Origin: Phoronis australis | Taxonomy: Eukaryota > Animalia > Phoronida | Direction of reading: 5' to 3' | Assembly: GCA_002633005.1 (NCBI GenBank) | Contig: NMRA01000998.1 | Location: 10,261 to 74,260, forward strand | Length of the DNA: 64,000 nucleotides | Part shown: piece after piece, positions 40,301 through 48,195 of the stretch | How the letters are laid out: every line of letters starts with the position of its first letter | Numbering within the stretch: the first letter of the stretch is position 1 | The notes under the pieces: generated by a model | Told to the model about the DNA's origin: nothing | The model's database searches: none | What the model saw: the letters and a program-made list of their open reading frames with translations, nothing else | Program-made: the position numbers and the translations under genes

Positions 40301-43300
40301 CAAGTAAGCCGTGTTCATGCTCTTTTTACCTACAGTCTCATAGTTGAAACTTATTTTGCTATTTTTGTCAGTCTTCGTAAATTCATCTGAGAACTCAGCA
40401 CGTATTAACTTTAAAGAGTTGTCTGCTGGAATATCCACCGACAAAGGTTTCAGTTCCCTGCTGTTTGTAAGCTCTCTTTCAGTTGAGTGGGAGGTTGTAG
40501 TGCAGTTATTGTGGTCTTTGTGGGAATTGGTAACACAGGCATTTCGTTCATCCTGACTATGGGCAGTGGGAAAACTGTCACACATGTTTTGGCTACCATG
40601 GTCATCCAGGGCAAAACATGACTGAGACCTCTGTTTGTCCTTTCCCCCTTGTTTTGCTAGTTTTTGTAGTCTGGCCAAGTCTGACGCAGGCATAGACAAT
40701 GGTGCCATTGATCTGCTACGGCGATTGTCTTTGAACCGGTTGCGCCGCATCGGGGGACTGGTCTGCAGGCATTTAGCAATAAGCGGTTGTGAGACATGCC
40801 TGGCGATCTTGGGTAATTTGATGCCGCTGTCAAGCAGCGTGTCCATCAACTCGTATTGCTTTCCCTTGTTCATCATCATGTAATCAAATGCAGTTAGTCC
40901 GTGGCGGTCCCGGGCTGAAATGTTGACTCCGCTTTTCAACAGAATTTGCGCTACCTCTATAGTTTCCGGTGCATAGTTGGCCATGATGCAGTGTAGCACT
41001 GTTTTGCCCTCGGCATCAGCAATGTTGGGATTGGCCCCATTTTCCAATAGTTTGCACACTTTTGTCAGCTTATCACATGTGAGAGGATCTACAGCGGCAT
41101 GTAGTGCCGTTTGTCCCTTCTTGTTCTGAACTGTAGCTTTGGCACCTAGCTTCAACAACAGTTGCATAGTTGACTTGGGATTGAAGGTTTTACACAGCAA
41201 CGTTGCCAAGAACAAGGCTGTCTCACCATTATTATTCTGAACATTCACCTTGATGTGGGCAGTTTTCAGCAAGTACTTTGTCAGCTTATAGTCCTGCTGC
41301 ACAACACTCATGTGCAGCATCGTTGCCCCCTGTTGGTTAATGCTGCAGTTCACGTCCAGGCTGCTGTTCACAAAAAGTTCAATGATCTTCGTGTTCCCTT
41401 TTGCATTTAGCACGGCCGTTTGTAGAGGACACCATCCAAGAGCGTTTGGCATGACAGCTATCGTGTTGATTCTATCAGCATTGCGTTTAATGATTTCTTT
41501 TACTGTCCGCTCAATTTTCTGCTCAATGCAATCATTGATGGTATCGACAAGGACTTCAATGTTGTCCAAAGCCATTGTGTTGACTTGTTTGCCATCATAA
41601 AGCCAATATCGTATTTATATATGCCTGTCGCAGACCACTTGTGATGAAAAGTGTCGTAAAATTGCACACTTGAGATAGGTGCAGCTGCAATTCCATTTGT
41701 CATGCGGTGTTGTTTATCCTCAGTTGGGCTACTGAATGGTTAACAGCCCGCTCCCCAATGTTTCAGTTTGGGAGGGAATTTCCTGACCTCTCCTATTTCA
41801 CTCAATCCTAATTTGTTTTGTTTTCATATGAGTTTATCAGCTGAAGTTTACAAGTTTGTTAATTGGTTTCATATTGAAGTCATAAACAAGCCAACTCCTT
41901 GGTTTTCACTTGAGATAATGAAATTGGTAAAAGTCAAAGTGACGTCAAAAGTGATGTCACTTGAATGAAAAAGTACCATATGACTGTAAATGTCATATGG
42001 TGGCTAGATGTATGTTGGCCTGACTGTGAGAGGACACTGAACCTTTGTTGAGTGCCATGTCATTACAAGGTTACTAAACCCTGTTTCACCGATTTCAACC
42101 AAAAGTTGCTCTGTTGGCTGCTATCATGTGACTACTGGTGGTAAAGCATTAATTCAGCCTAAGCACTGTGTCACACAAAGTAGTGTTTATCCAATAGTGA
42201 ATTTAAGGGCAGAAGTACCCCACTTTGGCCAGGGACAAAAAAATGAAAATGACAGAATTTTGGCATTGGTTATGTTGTGGCTTATGTGTAAGTGTACTTT
42301 TGTTTGTGTGTGCGTGCGTGTGTGTGTGCGTGTGCGTGCGCGTGTGTGTGTGTTGGCGGTGAGCAGATATACACAAAATGAAAAATGTTGCCCCCTCATG
42401 ATATCCTCTATCTGCCCCTGTTCTCTTGCCAAAGCTTTAGTAAGGTTTGACGGTTCAACTATTGACCAGTTTTCACTTATGCAACTGGCATTTCTCAATT
42501 GACGTGTTATGTCAATTCCACTATGAAATTATTGCCTGTGTGAAAAACGGTGAATACATAGGATTGACTGTCTTGACAAGCTTCTCGTGAAAATGAAAAT
42601 ATGATTGTGTTGAGCAACTGTTGGGACCATCTTTTGAACTGTAAGTTGGTTACAGTTAATTCCCATCCCATTTAGCCCACAATATGGCAGACCAGAGAAT
42701 TTTTTCTGAAATTTCTCAACTTAAGATTTGAAAAATGTTCGTACTGTCAGCTTCATTTGTTCTATATAGATGTCCAAAAGCAACATGTGGTGAAGTTTCC
42801 GTTATTTGTACCAATGAAGGTAACCTCCCTTTGAAAATCAAAAATGACAAGATAGTAATTATAATAATTTTTGTTCAAAATAAGAGAAGAAGTGCCACAA
42901 TTCATGTATTGAATGTTATGACAGAGCGTCAGTTTGAGGCAGCGTCAGTTTGAGGCAGCGTCAGTTTGAGGAAGCGTCAGCTTGAGGCCACGTCAGTTTA
43001 AGAATGAATTGGATTCAAGCTGTTTTACTATACTAATTTGTATTTTGTTGCAGATGTCGGTTCATGCAACCATCGTCATCTCTGTGCTGTTTACTGTAAC
43101 AAGACTCCAGGCTTTGAAATAGTAGTTGGTCTGTTGGACCGCATCATGCAGTTGTTGGAGGTGCCTGCGAATAAAGATAATACCGGTTATCACCTAGAGG
43201 CTGCCGACGGTAAGACAGATGGCTAGTGCTCAGAGAAATCCAGTATTTTCGAGGCTTTCAGTTTGCTAAGAAAATCCATTAAAAAATGTTTACTTATTTT

Positions 43301-44206
43301 CTCTGGAGAAAATGGGTTGATCTATAGCATATTTTAATCCTCTTTTGTTCAACTTTTTTCCATTGCACTTTTTGACACTTTGTAATTTATCTGACTGCGT
43401 ATTTTATAGTAACTTAAGATTTTTACTATTCTTTGATCGTTTGTGTAACTATGGGAATAAAACTTGAACCATTCTTTTACTGCTACGCTTCGTACTCCAA
43501 TATCCTAATCACAAGTCACTCAAGTTCCAAACCTCAAATATCCCCATCAGAACTCACTCAAGTTCTACCCATCATAAGTCACTCAAGTTCTAAACTGTTT
43601 GCTTATCCTTTATTCTAATTCTGAGTTGTGGAGCATCAAATTTCTTTTTCTGCTTAGCACACAATGTGAAATTTTACTTTATTTTATCAACAAGAAAAAC
43701 CACAAAGAAGTTTTGAATCTACAATTGCCATGCTCTGTTTGCATAGATTTTATAAATCTTCAATTTTTTAATTACTGATAGCAAGGTAGTTTGTCTTTGC
43801 AAAAAAGGATAATGACAATTTTATCAATCTTTTGTTTGAAGTAACTATAGCATTGTTCAATAAATTTAATTGCAAGGTATTTTTATAAATGAGCACTGTG
43901 ATATTGTATTGTATTACTAGACGTCTTCACACACATCATATGTTGATCACAGCACATGTTTTTTCATGGCTTAATTTGTAAATGTGTCGAGGTGTCTGTA
44001 CCGTGATGACAAACTTCATTCATATACAGCCTATCTTGAAATGATGTGTTTCAGATCCAGCTTTCTTCCCGGGTAGATGTGCGAACGTGATCGTGAGGGG
44101 GTGTAACGTGGGCGTGATTGGTGTTCTTCACCCAGCAGTCATTAGCAAATTTGAACTCGCGTTGCCATGCTCAGCGCTGGAGATTGACATCGAGTGGTTT
44201 TTATGA
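16302..44206 (+). CDS. FARSB: Phenylalanine--tRNA ligase beta subunit, 16 coding exons
   Basis: Exons: 16302-16359 ([11 protein letters not shown]), 18071-18126 ([17 protein letters not shown]), 18718-18872 ([13 protein letters not shown]), 20173-20245, 21325-21440 ([17 protein letters not shown]), 22251-22401 ([13 protein letters not shown]), 24594-24702 (LSMPPIING), 25813-25945 ([10 protein letters not shown]), 26475-26526, 27003-27064, 28276-28483 ([22 protein letters not shown]), 29629-29709, 31513-31605, 34004-34121 (VARTTLLPG...[10 protein letters not shown]), 43054-43209, 44055-44206 (FFPGRCA...GVLHP...stop). All GT-AG with consistent phases. Confidence 0.97.
18127..18468. repeat. 18/21-bp minisatellite (GTAAGTATGAAGGAATAAATA) starting at the FARSB exon 2 donor
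   Basis: Direct tandem array, about 16 units. Confidence 0.97.
21134..21287. repeat. 27-bp minisatellite (TTGTTAGAAGAGTACGATATTACACCA); second copy at 22981-23098
   Basis: Direct tandem array. It produces the spurious EEYDITPLL ORFs. Confidence 0.97.
21503..21676. repeat. 25-bp minisatellite (AATTTATTGTATTATGCTCATAGTG)
   Basis: About 6 units here, only 2 in the duplicated copy near 23314-23365. Confidence 0.9.
21829..21999. mobile_element. Short MITE with AATTGACC(C/T)AT termini; duplicate at ~23510-23680
   Basis: aattgacccatcgc ... gcaataggtcaatt imperfect terminal inverted repeats. Confidence 0.6.
22430..22914. mobile_element. Young CpG-rich insertion with a 176-bp internal tandem repeat, truncated by an N-gap
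   Basis: Absent from the parallel copy after ccccttaagtaa (~24112). The unit ctcaccgactctgtgtgactcggcggg... occurs at 22654 and 22830. Confidence 0.65.
22981..24112 (+). other. FARSB: Second copy of FARSB exons 5-6 (23137-23252, 23931-24081) and flanking introns; probable uncollapsed haplotype
   Basis: Follows the N-gap at 22915-22980. Exon differences are synonymous only, and introns differ by scattered substitutions and indels. Confidence 0.8.
24830..25215 (-). mobile_element. Possible decayed DIRS-type retroelement RNase H fragment
   Basis: Minus-strand peptides HINVREL and [16 protein letters not shown] resemble the DIRS HINxLEL and EWxL motifs. Frames are disrupted. Confidence 0.3.
25226..25453. 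repeat. 46-bp minisatellite, ~5 copies
   Basis: gtggcccctacacacaatgcatcctccaccagggataatcagtgga repeated. Confidence 0.95.
26064..26200. repeat. 52-bp tandem repeat, ~2.6 copies
   Basis: gattaacactgtgtagt at 26064, 26116 and 26168. Confidence 0.9.
27547..27893. repeat. 14-bp minisatellite (CTCTCACTAGACTG) spanning an N-gap
   Basis: Array present on both sides of the gap at 27658-27807. Confidence 0.95.
29929..30116. repeat. 19-bp minisatellite (CTCTACAGTGTATGACATA), ~10 copies
   Basis: Direct tandem array. Confidence 0.97.
30350..30615. repeat. Old dispersed repeat family; other copies at ~52540-52800 and ~59198-59445
   Basis: Shared atgaratctca.aa...gtt.....ttt and gaatc..gat/gagcca.tt..gagat..gatgtt.c.aagt blocks, all in the same orientation. 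Confidence 0.65.
31831..32890. mobile_element. Non-autonomous Tc1/mariner (pogo/Tigger-like) element, CCGTATT TIRs, TA TSD
   Basis: ta|ccgtatttgccctaataagcgccc ... gtgcttattagggtgaatacgg|ta. Confidence 0.85.
32899..33892. mobile_element. Second CCGTA-type foldback MITE with long inverted arms and a central 19-bp tandem repeat
   Basis: ~32912-33258 is the reverse complement of ~33516-33840. The unit cacagcacgtacag(t/g)gaat occurs 4 times at 33339-33418. Confidence 0.85.
35479..35650. repeat. ~100-bp diverged direct duplication containing the palindrome GGGTTGGCCAACCC
   Basis: cagtttatt.ggg.ttggccaaccctaa at ~35480 and ~35580. Confidence 0.75.
38825..41575 (-). CDS. Intronless 916-aa ankyrin-repeat protein (N-terminal and C-terminal ankyrin blocks, acidic disordered linker), nested antisense in FARSB intron 14
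   Basis: Uninterrupted 2751-bp ORF with many ankyrin motifs ([54 protein letters not shown]). Good start context (acaATGG) with an upstream in-frame stop. Minus-strand AATAAA at ~38250 and ~37975. Confidence 0.92.
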   Translation of the reverse strand: MALDNIEVLVDTINDCIEQKIERTVKEIIKRNADRINTIAVMPNALGWCPLQTAVLNAKGNTKIIELFVNSSLDVNCSINQQGATMLHMSVVQQDYKLTKYLLKTAHIKVNVQNNNGETALFLATLLCKTFNPKSTMQLLLKLGAKATVQNKKGQTALHAAVDPLTCDKLTKVCKLLENGANPNIADAEGKTVLHCIMANYAPETIEVAQILLKSGVNISARDRHGLTAFDYMMMNKGKQYELMDTLLDSGIKLPKIARHVSQPLIAKCLQTSPPMRRNRFKDNRRSRSMAPLSMPASDLARLQKLAKQGGKDKQRSQSCFALDDHGSQNMCDSFPTAHSQDERNACVTNSHKDHNNCTTTSHSTERELTNSRELKPLSVDIPADNSLKLIRAEFSDEFTKTDKNSKISFNYETVGKKSMNTAYLNQKVSDSEEENDDKDVEHSKFLPTWRICESYDFRTQRHVLWEELDNADSHGETDSNENDSDDTDGDGYSMVEYSENDHKMESGYSASDEEGDSGDENNNDDSSELSHSILNEFYNHERDMSLHRKRANSGLFEIERLRRQESVKSSADSKIFKILNELRTDGECTAALKELFKEEHDFVSWRNKAGETPLHCAALRGFAETCKLLLSQHCEKDQVCVQDISENTPLHRAVQYRHKDTVKILLSHIRTENGAQICNAKGETAMHLAVKTGNKRSVQALYPHFRNITIDKTEQYVQLALKFKDSKLARKLVKYLTHGAENNKNVLFITAAANNNVDVIKFLLDLVANGEKIDINTADNYKFTALHFAVQNNNESLVTSLLEKGAKVNVRSENDETPFMLAVDNGNSNMAKLLKSRGAKHKCVDRTGRTCLHRIVARSTGLENMNIIIWLLGLGLKLDQPDNLGYRPSQLTDSDSLKSILMQYVRKPYHMHHTF
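42305..42352. repeat. (GT/GC)n alternating purine-pyrimidine microsatellite
   Basis: tgtgtgtgcgtgcgtgtgtg... Confidence 0.95.
42925..42999. repeat. 16-bp minisatellite (GCGTCAGTTTGAGGCA), ~4.5 copies
   Basis: Direct tandem array. Confidence 0.92.
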
Positions 44207-46369
44207 TCGTAATGACGAGATAGCCATGAGGAAAATTCCAGTTACTTTTTCACTTGGTCTCTGATGACACAGTTCCAATGCTTTATGGAAATTTGTTTTT
44301 GCAGTTCAATGTCCCACGTAAAGGTAAAATGGGTCAAAATTTTCTATAAATTGTTTCTATTATAGTATCATTACTGTTGCTATTATTATTGATTGAAACA
44401 TTTCTCATAAAGAGCAAACATTGCACAATATAAAATGAATAAAATCGGGTGAACAACATGGAAGTGCGAATCCAGTAACCAGTGTAGGTGGAAATTAATG
44501 AATGAGGAGACAAAGAGGTCTCAGGGCTGGAAGTATGTATTACTTAAAGGGCTTAGAATTTTCTTCTTTGAGAGGATTTCCTCTTTTTTGGTTTGGATTT
44601 CCTCTTTTTTGGTTTGGATTTCCTCTCATATGATTTCCAGTTTCCTCTTTCTTCATCTGTTTCTGATAATTATTTTGACTTTATTCATGCAAAAAAGTTT
44701 CTTGCAGTTAAATTTGTATCAAATAAGCATATTTATTTGTAAAACGATACATCACCTGGAAATTTTTCCTCTTGTCACGGGTCATTCCTAGCTGTGTATT
44801 GAACCAAACTAATAAAGTAGTTGTGGCAATCAGTTATAACAGTGGACATACAGTGCCATCTGTACAAGTACAGAATAGACATACAGCACAGAAAACATGG
44901 TGATGAGATCATGTGGTTGGTTTGGAATACATGGTATTGTAATGCAGCGAAGACTTGCCAAACTTAAAGAAATTCTGGACTTGCTAAAGTTCTGTATTGA
45001 TGTCTAGCAAGGGCAGAGTTTGGTGTTTTTTGACACCGATGCTGGCTGGTGCCCTACTGTCTGCTGATATGACGAGTTTCTGCCACAAACTCATCAGATT
45101 GGCCTCAGAACTTCATGTAACCGAGGCATTAGTTAGTCACCGTACTCATGGTCCTTAGCCAAGTCGCTCAACTTGAGACATGCAGTGTTGCCCTCACTGC
45201 AGCTGGTGGTGGAAATTGCAATGGTGTCTTGTTGTTTATGGAGAATCCTGTTGGGTGATTTCTACAACAAAAAAAATGTAATTGTACAATTTGCTTTGTG
45301 GTATTCTGTCATGGCTGCGAAATATCACTTGTAACTGTTCACCAATGCAATTGAAATAAATATTCCCAGTGTCTGCATATCTTAGCATTTTCATTCAGTG
45401 ACTCCACAGACACTATTGGGTTTTTGTGGACTTTACTGCTGTTTTAATTTCTTGAAGTAGGCCTAACTGTTAGCCACAGAACCCAGTGTATGTGAGTCTT
45501 GACTTTGTGTAATTAATAAAATCTCTAGCTTGGCTTTTGAGATCTAAATGAATTTACAAACTGCTAACATACCATGAAAATGATATTGATGTGAAAGAAT
45601 GCCATGCTAAAATCAACATGGCATTCACCAGTTTAATACCAATTACACAGACCTGTTGACCATAATGGATATAATGATCTTGTATATGGCCTTGTTGCGT
45701 GCTCATAATGGATATAATAATTTTGTATATCGTTTTGTTGCGTGCTCCTAAATGAGACAACTCTACTGCCAAGAAGAGAACATTAATAGTTACGTTCTTG
45801 ATTTTTCAAGTCTGTGTGCGAGAAAATCATATTTGCAGCTTCTGGAGCTATTTGTAAAATAATGTTCTGGAGGGTCAAGGGTCAGTAGGTCGGACTGTTA
45901 CTGGGGTTGGTGACTGGAGGGTCAGTAGGTCTGACTCCTACTGGGATTGGTGACTGCCCAGTGACTGGTTTTTGCGAACATGTCACCCTCTATCGGTGTT
46001 CATAGACAGTATTTACAGTACGTTCTACTAGTATCTATTTACCTTCATCTGATGAATGATAATGCCCATTGTCTCCTTATGTGTATGTGTAAGTGTTAGT
46101 ACAGACGGGCTGTCAGCAGTCAAGGCACTCTCTCTACTAATAACGCAAGAGAAACGTACGCGAACCATTACCCCCGTGATCCATAATGATGTAGTTTTTA
46201 TTGTAGGCAGTTAAAAATTATTTCTTTACTGAGTATAGCACGCGTGGAGACTGATTTTTGCGTCCTGCCCATTTCGTTTCATCCAGTGTGTTTGCAAGCA
46301 TTCAATATTAACCCTATTTTTTATTTTTCATTTCTGTTTTATGCATCTTTTCAATTTTTTTTCAAAGTA

Positions 46370-46503
46370 CATGGACGGCGCAGCACGGAAAAATGTGGGG
46401 GGCTAAAGCCCCCCAGCCCCACTGTGGTGCACCGCCTATAGACCATGGGCCCCGTAGCACTGAAAGAGTGGGGGCTGTAGCCCCCTATGGTGCGCCGCCC
46501 ATG
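46370..46503. mobile_element. Dimeric MITE with CATGG termini and 5-bp TSD (AAGTA)
   Basis: aagta|catggacggcgca ... tgcgccgcccatg|aagta. Same family as 15345-15493. Confidence 0.82.
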
Positions 46504-47899
46504 AAGTAGGTAGCGCATTTGGAAAAAATAAAACATCAAATATTTTCTATCAACATTTGGGTACTAAGCGTACGGAAGTTTCATTCGAATCCCATCCTCC
46601 ACAGTTTCTTTGATATGACGATGTTCCGACATTTTTGAGTGAATTTGTTTGTGGATTACTCATTTCCTGTTACTTTTCAGTCGGTGATTTCGATATTTTT
46701 CATTGTGTTTTTGAACAAAGCAATCGACTTTTACAGGACCACGTAAACGTAATCTTATTGACATATAGGCTATCAAATCCGAGCCACGGTTTCTTTTTCC
46801 TGCGGTGAGCTGTAAAATTATCAGCATTGCAAAGACTTAACTGTTGGATTGTAGGTCGATATTTTTTATGAAACAAAATCGGAAATGCTTGTCAACTGTA
46901 TTTTGGAAGCTCTACCGTCGTTTTCAGGACTGAAATTAGATAAGAAACCTGCCTAGTGTTTTTTTAACTGCCAAGCGTAAAATAGTTCGTGGAATAATGT
47001 CATTTTTGTTGTTTGGCCACGTTTTAAAAGTTCTTTAATGACACGTTAAAGTGTTACAGTAAATGGCCCACTAATAATATTTGAGTATTGTTAGTCATCT
47101 TTCATGTATTGCACCTCAGTCGTCAAAAATGTCGTTTATTTGGCTAACTTGAAAAAATGAATGTTGAATCAGATCTTTTGCTCTCATGAAATCGGTCACA
47201 TAACGTCCCGTACCCAAGGATTCTATTTACCAAGTCAAGTCTCCGGCAATTCCTACGACCCCATGCGCCAATTTCAATCCACGGAATTCACAATTTCTTA
47301 ACGTTGGCCAACCAAGATACGTTTTCTTGCGTGTTCTTGGGTCGGTGATGGCTTCCGTTGTTCTTTTTTGGTAACGGAACAAGACTCCTATCACGGTAAG
47401 GAGTAATGAGAGCTATTTTATGAGGGCAAAGGTCTAATTCTATTTTCGTTAGAGAGCCACACGTCCGCTGTAAACGACGTAGCCGTTTTGTTAACGCCGG
47501 TCAGTACCGAGTAGCGACCATACTGAAGAAACCCCGTTCATCTCGTTTAAGCGGACAACTTTTGAATTTTTTTGAATATATTTTGTTAATTGTTTTTGCA
47601 TGCGCACCACTGGATTTACATTTTAGTTTGAATTTACGGCTGACAATTTTATTTTCTTGATAGTGGCGGATCAACTATGCTCGGCGGGGGCATTTGAGAG
47701 GACAAACAAGCAAGCAAAAATCCTTTAAGGCGGCTATAAAGCAAGTGAAAAAAAATTTATGGAGAGTAACCAACTTGATTGTCGAAATTTTTCTTTGCCA
47801 AGTTCATTAGCACACTGCCATGAGACAGACATAGTCAGTGATGCCTGTCGCCGCGCGGTTGTGGGCTTCAATTGGGATGCATTTTTAAAAGAAGCGTCT

Positions 47900-48030
47900 G
47901 CTATCTCCGCTAGGCGGCGACAGCGGTGACTACGAGATGGCGCTGCTTATTATGTAAACACGAGTTACACAACGGATTAAAACTTATCATTCATGCTCTG
48001 ATGCAAATTACGAGCAATAACCTCCTTAGT
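47900..48030 (+). promoter_or_regulatory. Putative CRY-DASH promoter module: D-box, non-canonical E-box, D-box variant, plus CTCF-like motifs
   Basis: TTATGTAA at 47950-47957, CACGAG at 47959-47964, TTACACAA at 47965-47972. CCGCTAGGCGGCG at ~47907 and CGAGATGGCGC at ~47932. About 250 bp upstream of the ATG. Confidence 0.55.
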
Positions 48031-48195
48031 TCTCAGAAAGATAGATTGAACAAAGCGGCATTCGAGAGGTACAATATTTCGCATCTGTGTGACTGGGACG
48101 TCTGCTCAACTACATGTGCAACGTTGACTGATCCGTTTCACTGAACACCCAGTGGGGCTTCATCTCTTCGAATTCAAGTTGCCGATACGTGTTGT

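Noticed and set aside
38967-41600. Several plus-strand ORFs overlapping the ankyrin gene
   Set aside because: Antisense shadows of a real CDS with no recognisable motifs.
16360-44054. Intronic snoRNAs expected in a translation-related host gene
   Set aside because: No convincing C/D box pair with terminal stem and rRNA antisense element, nor an H/ACA double hairpin, could be identified by eye. A snoscan/Infernal search would be needed.
45065-45100. Hammerhead-like CTGATGA...GAAA on the minus strand (also CTGATGA at ~63015)
   Set aside because: Stem II does not pair, and the second site lacks the GAAA core.
47510-47560. 5S rRNA-like start (gcgaccatac...gaaaccccg...tctcgt)
   Set aside because: Similarity is short and gapped, with no downstream internal control region or 3' half.
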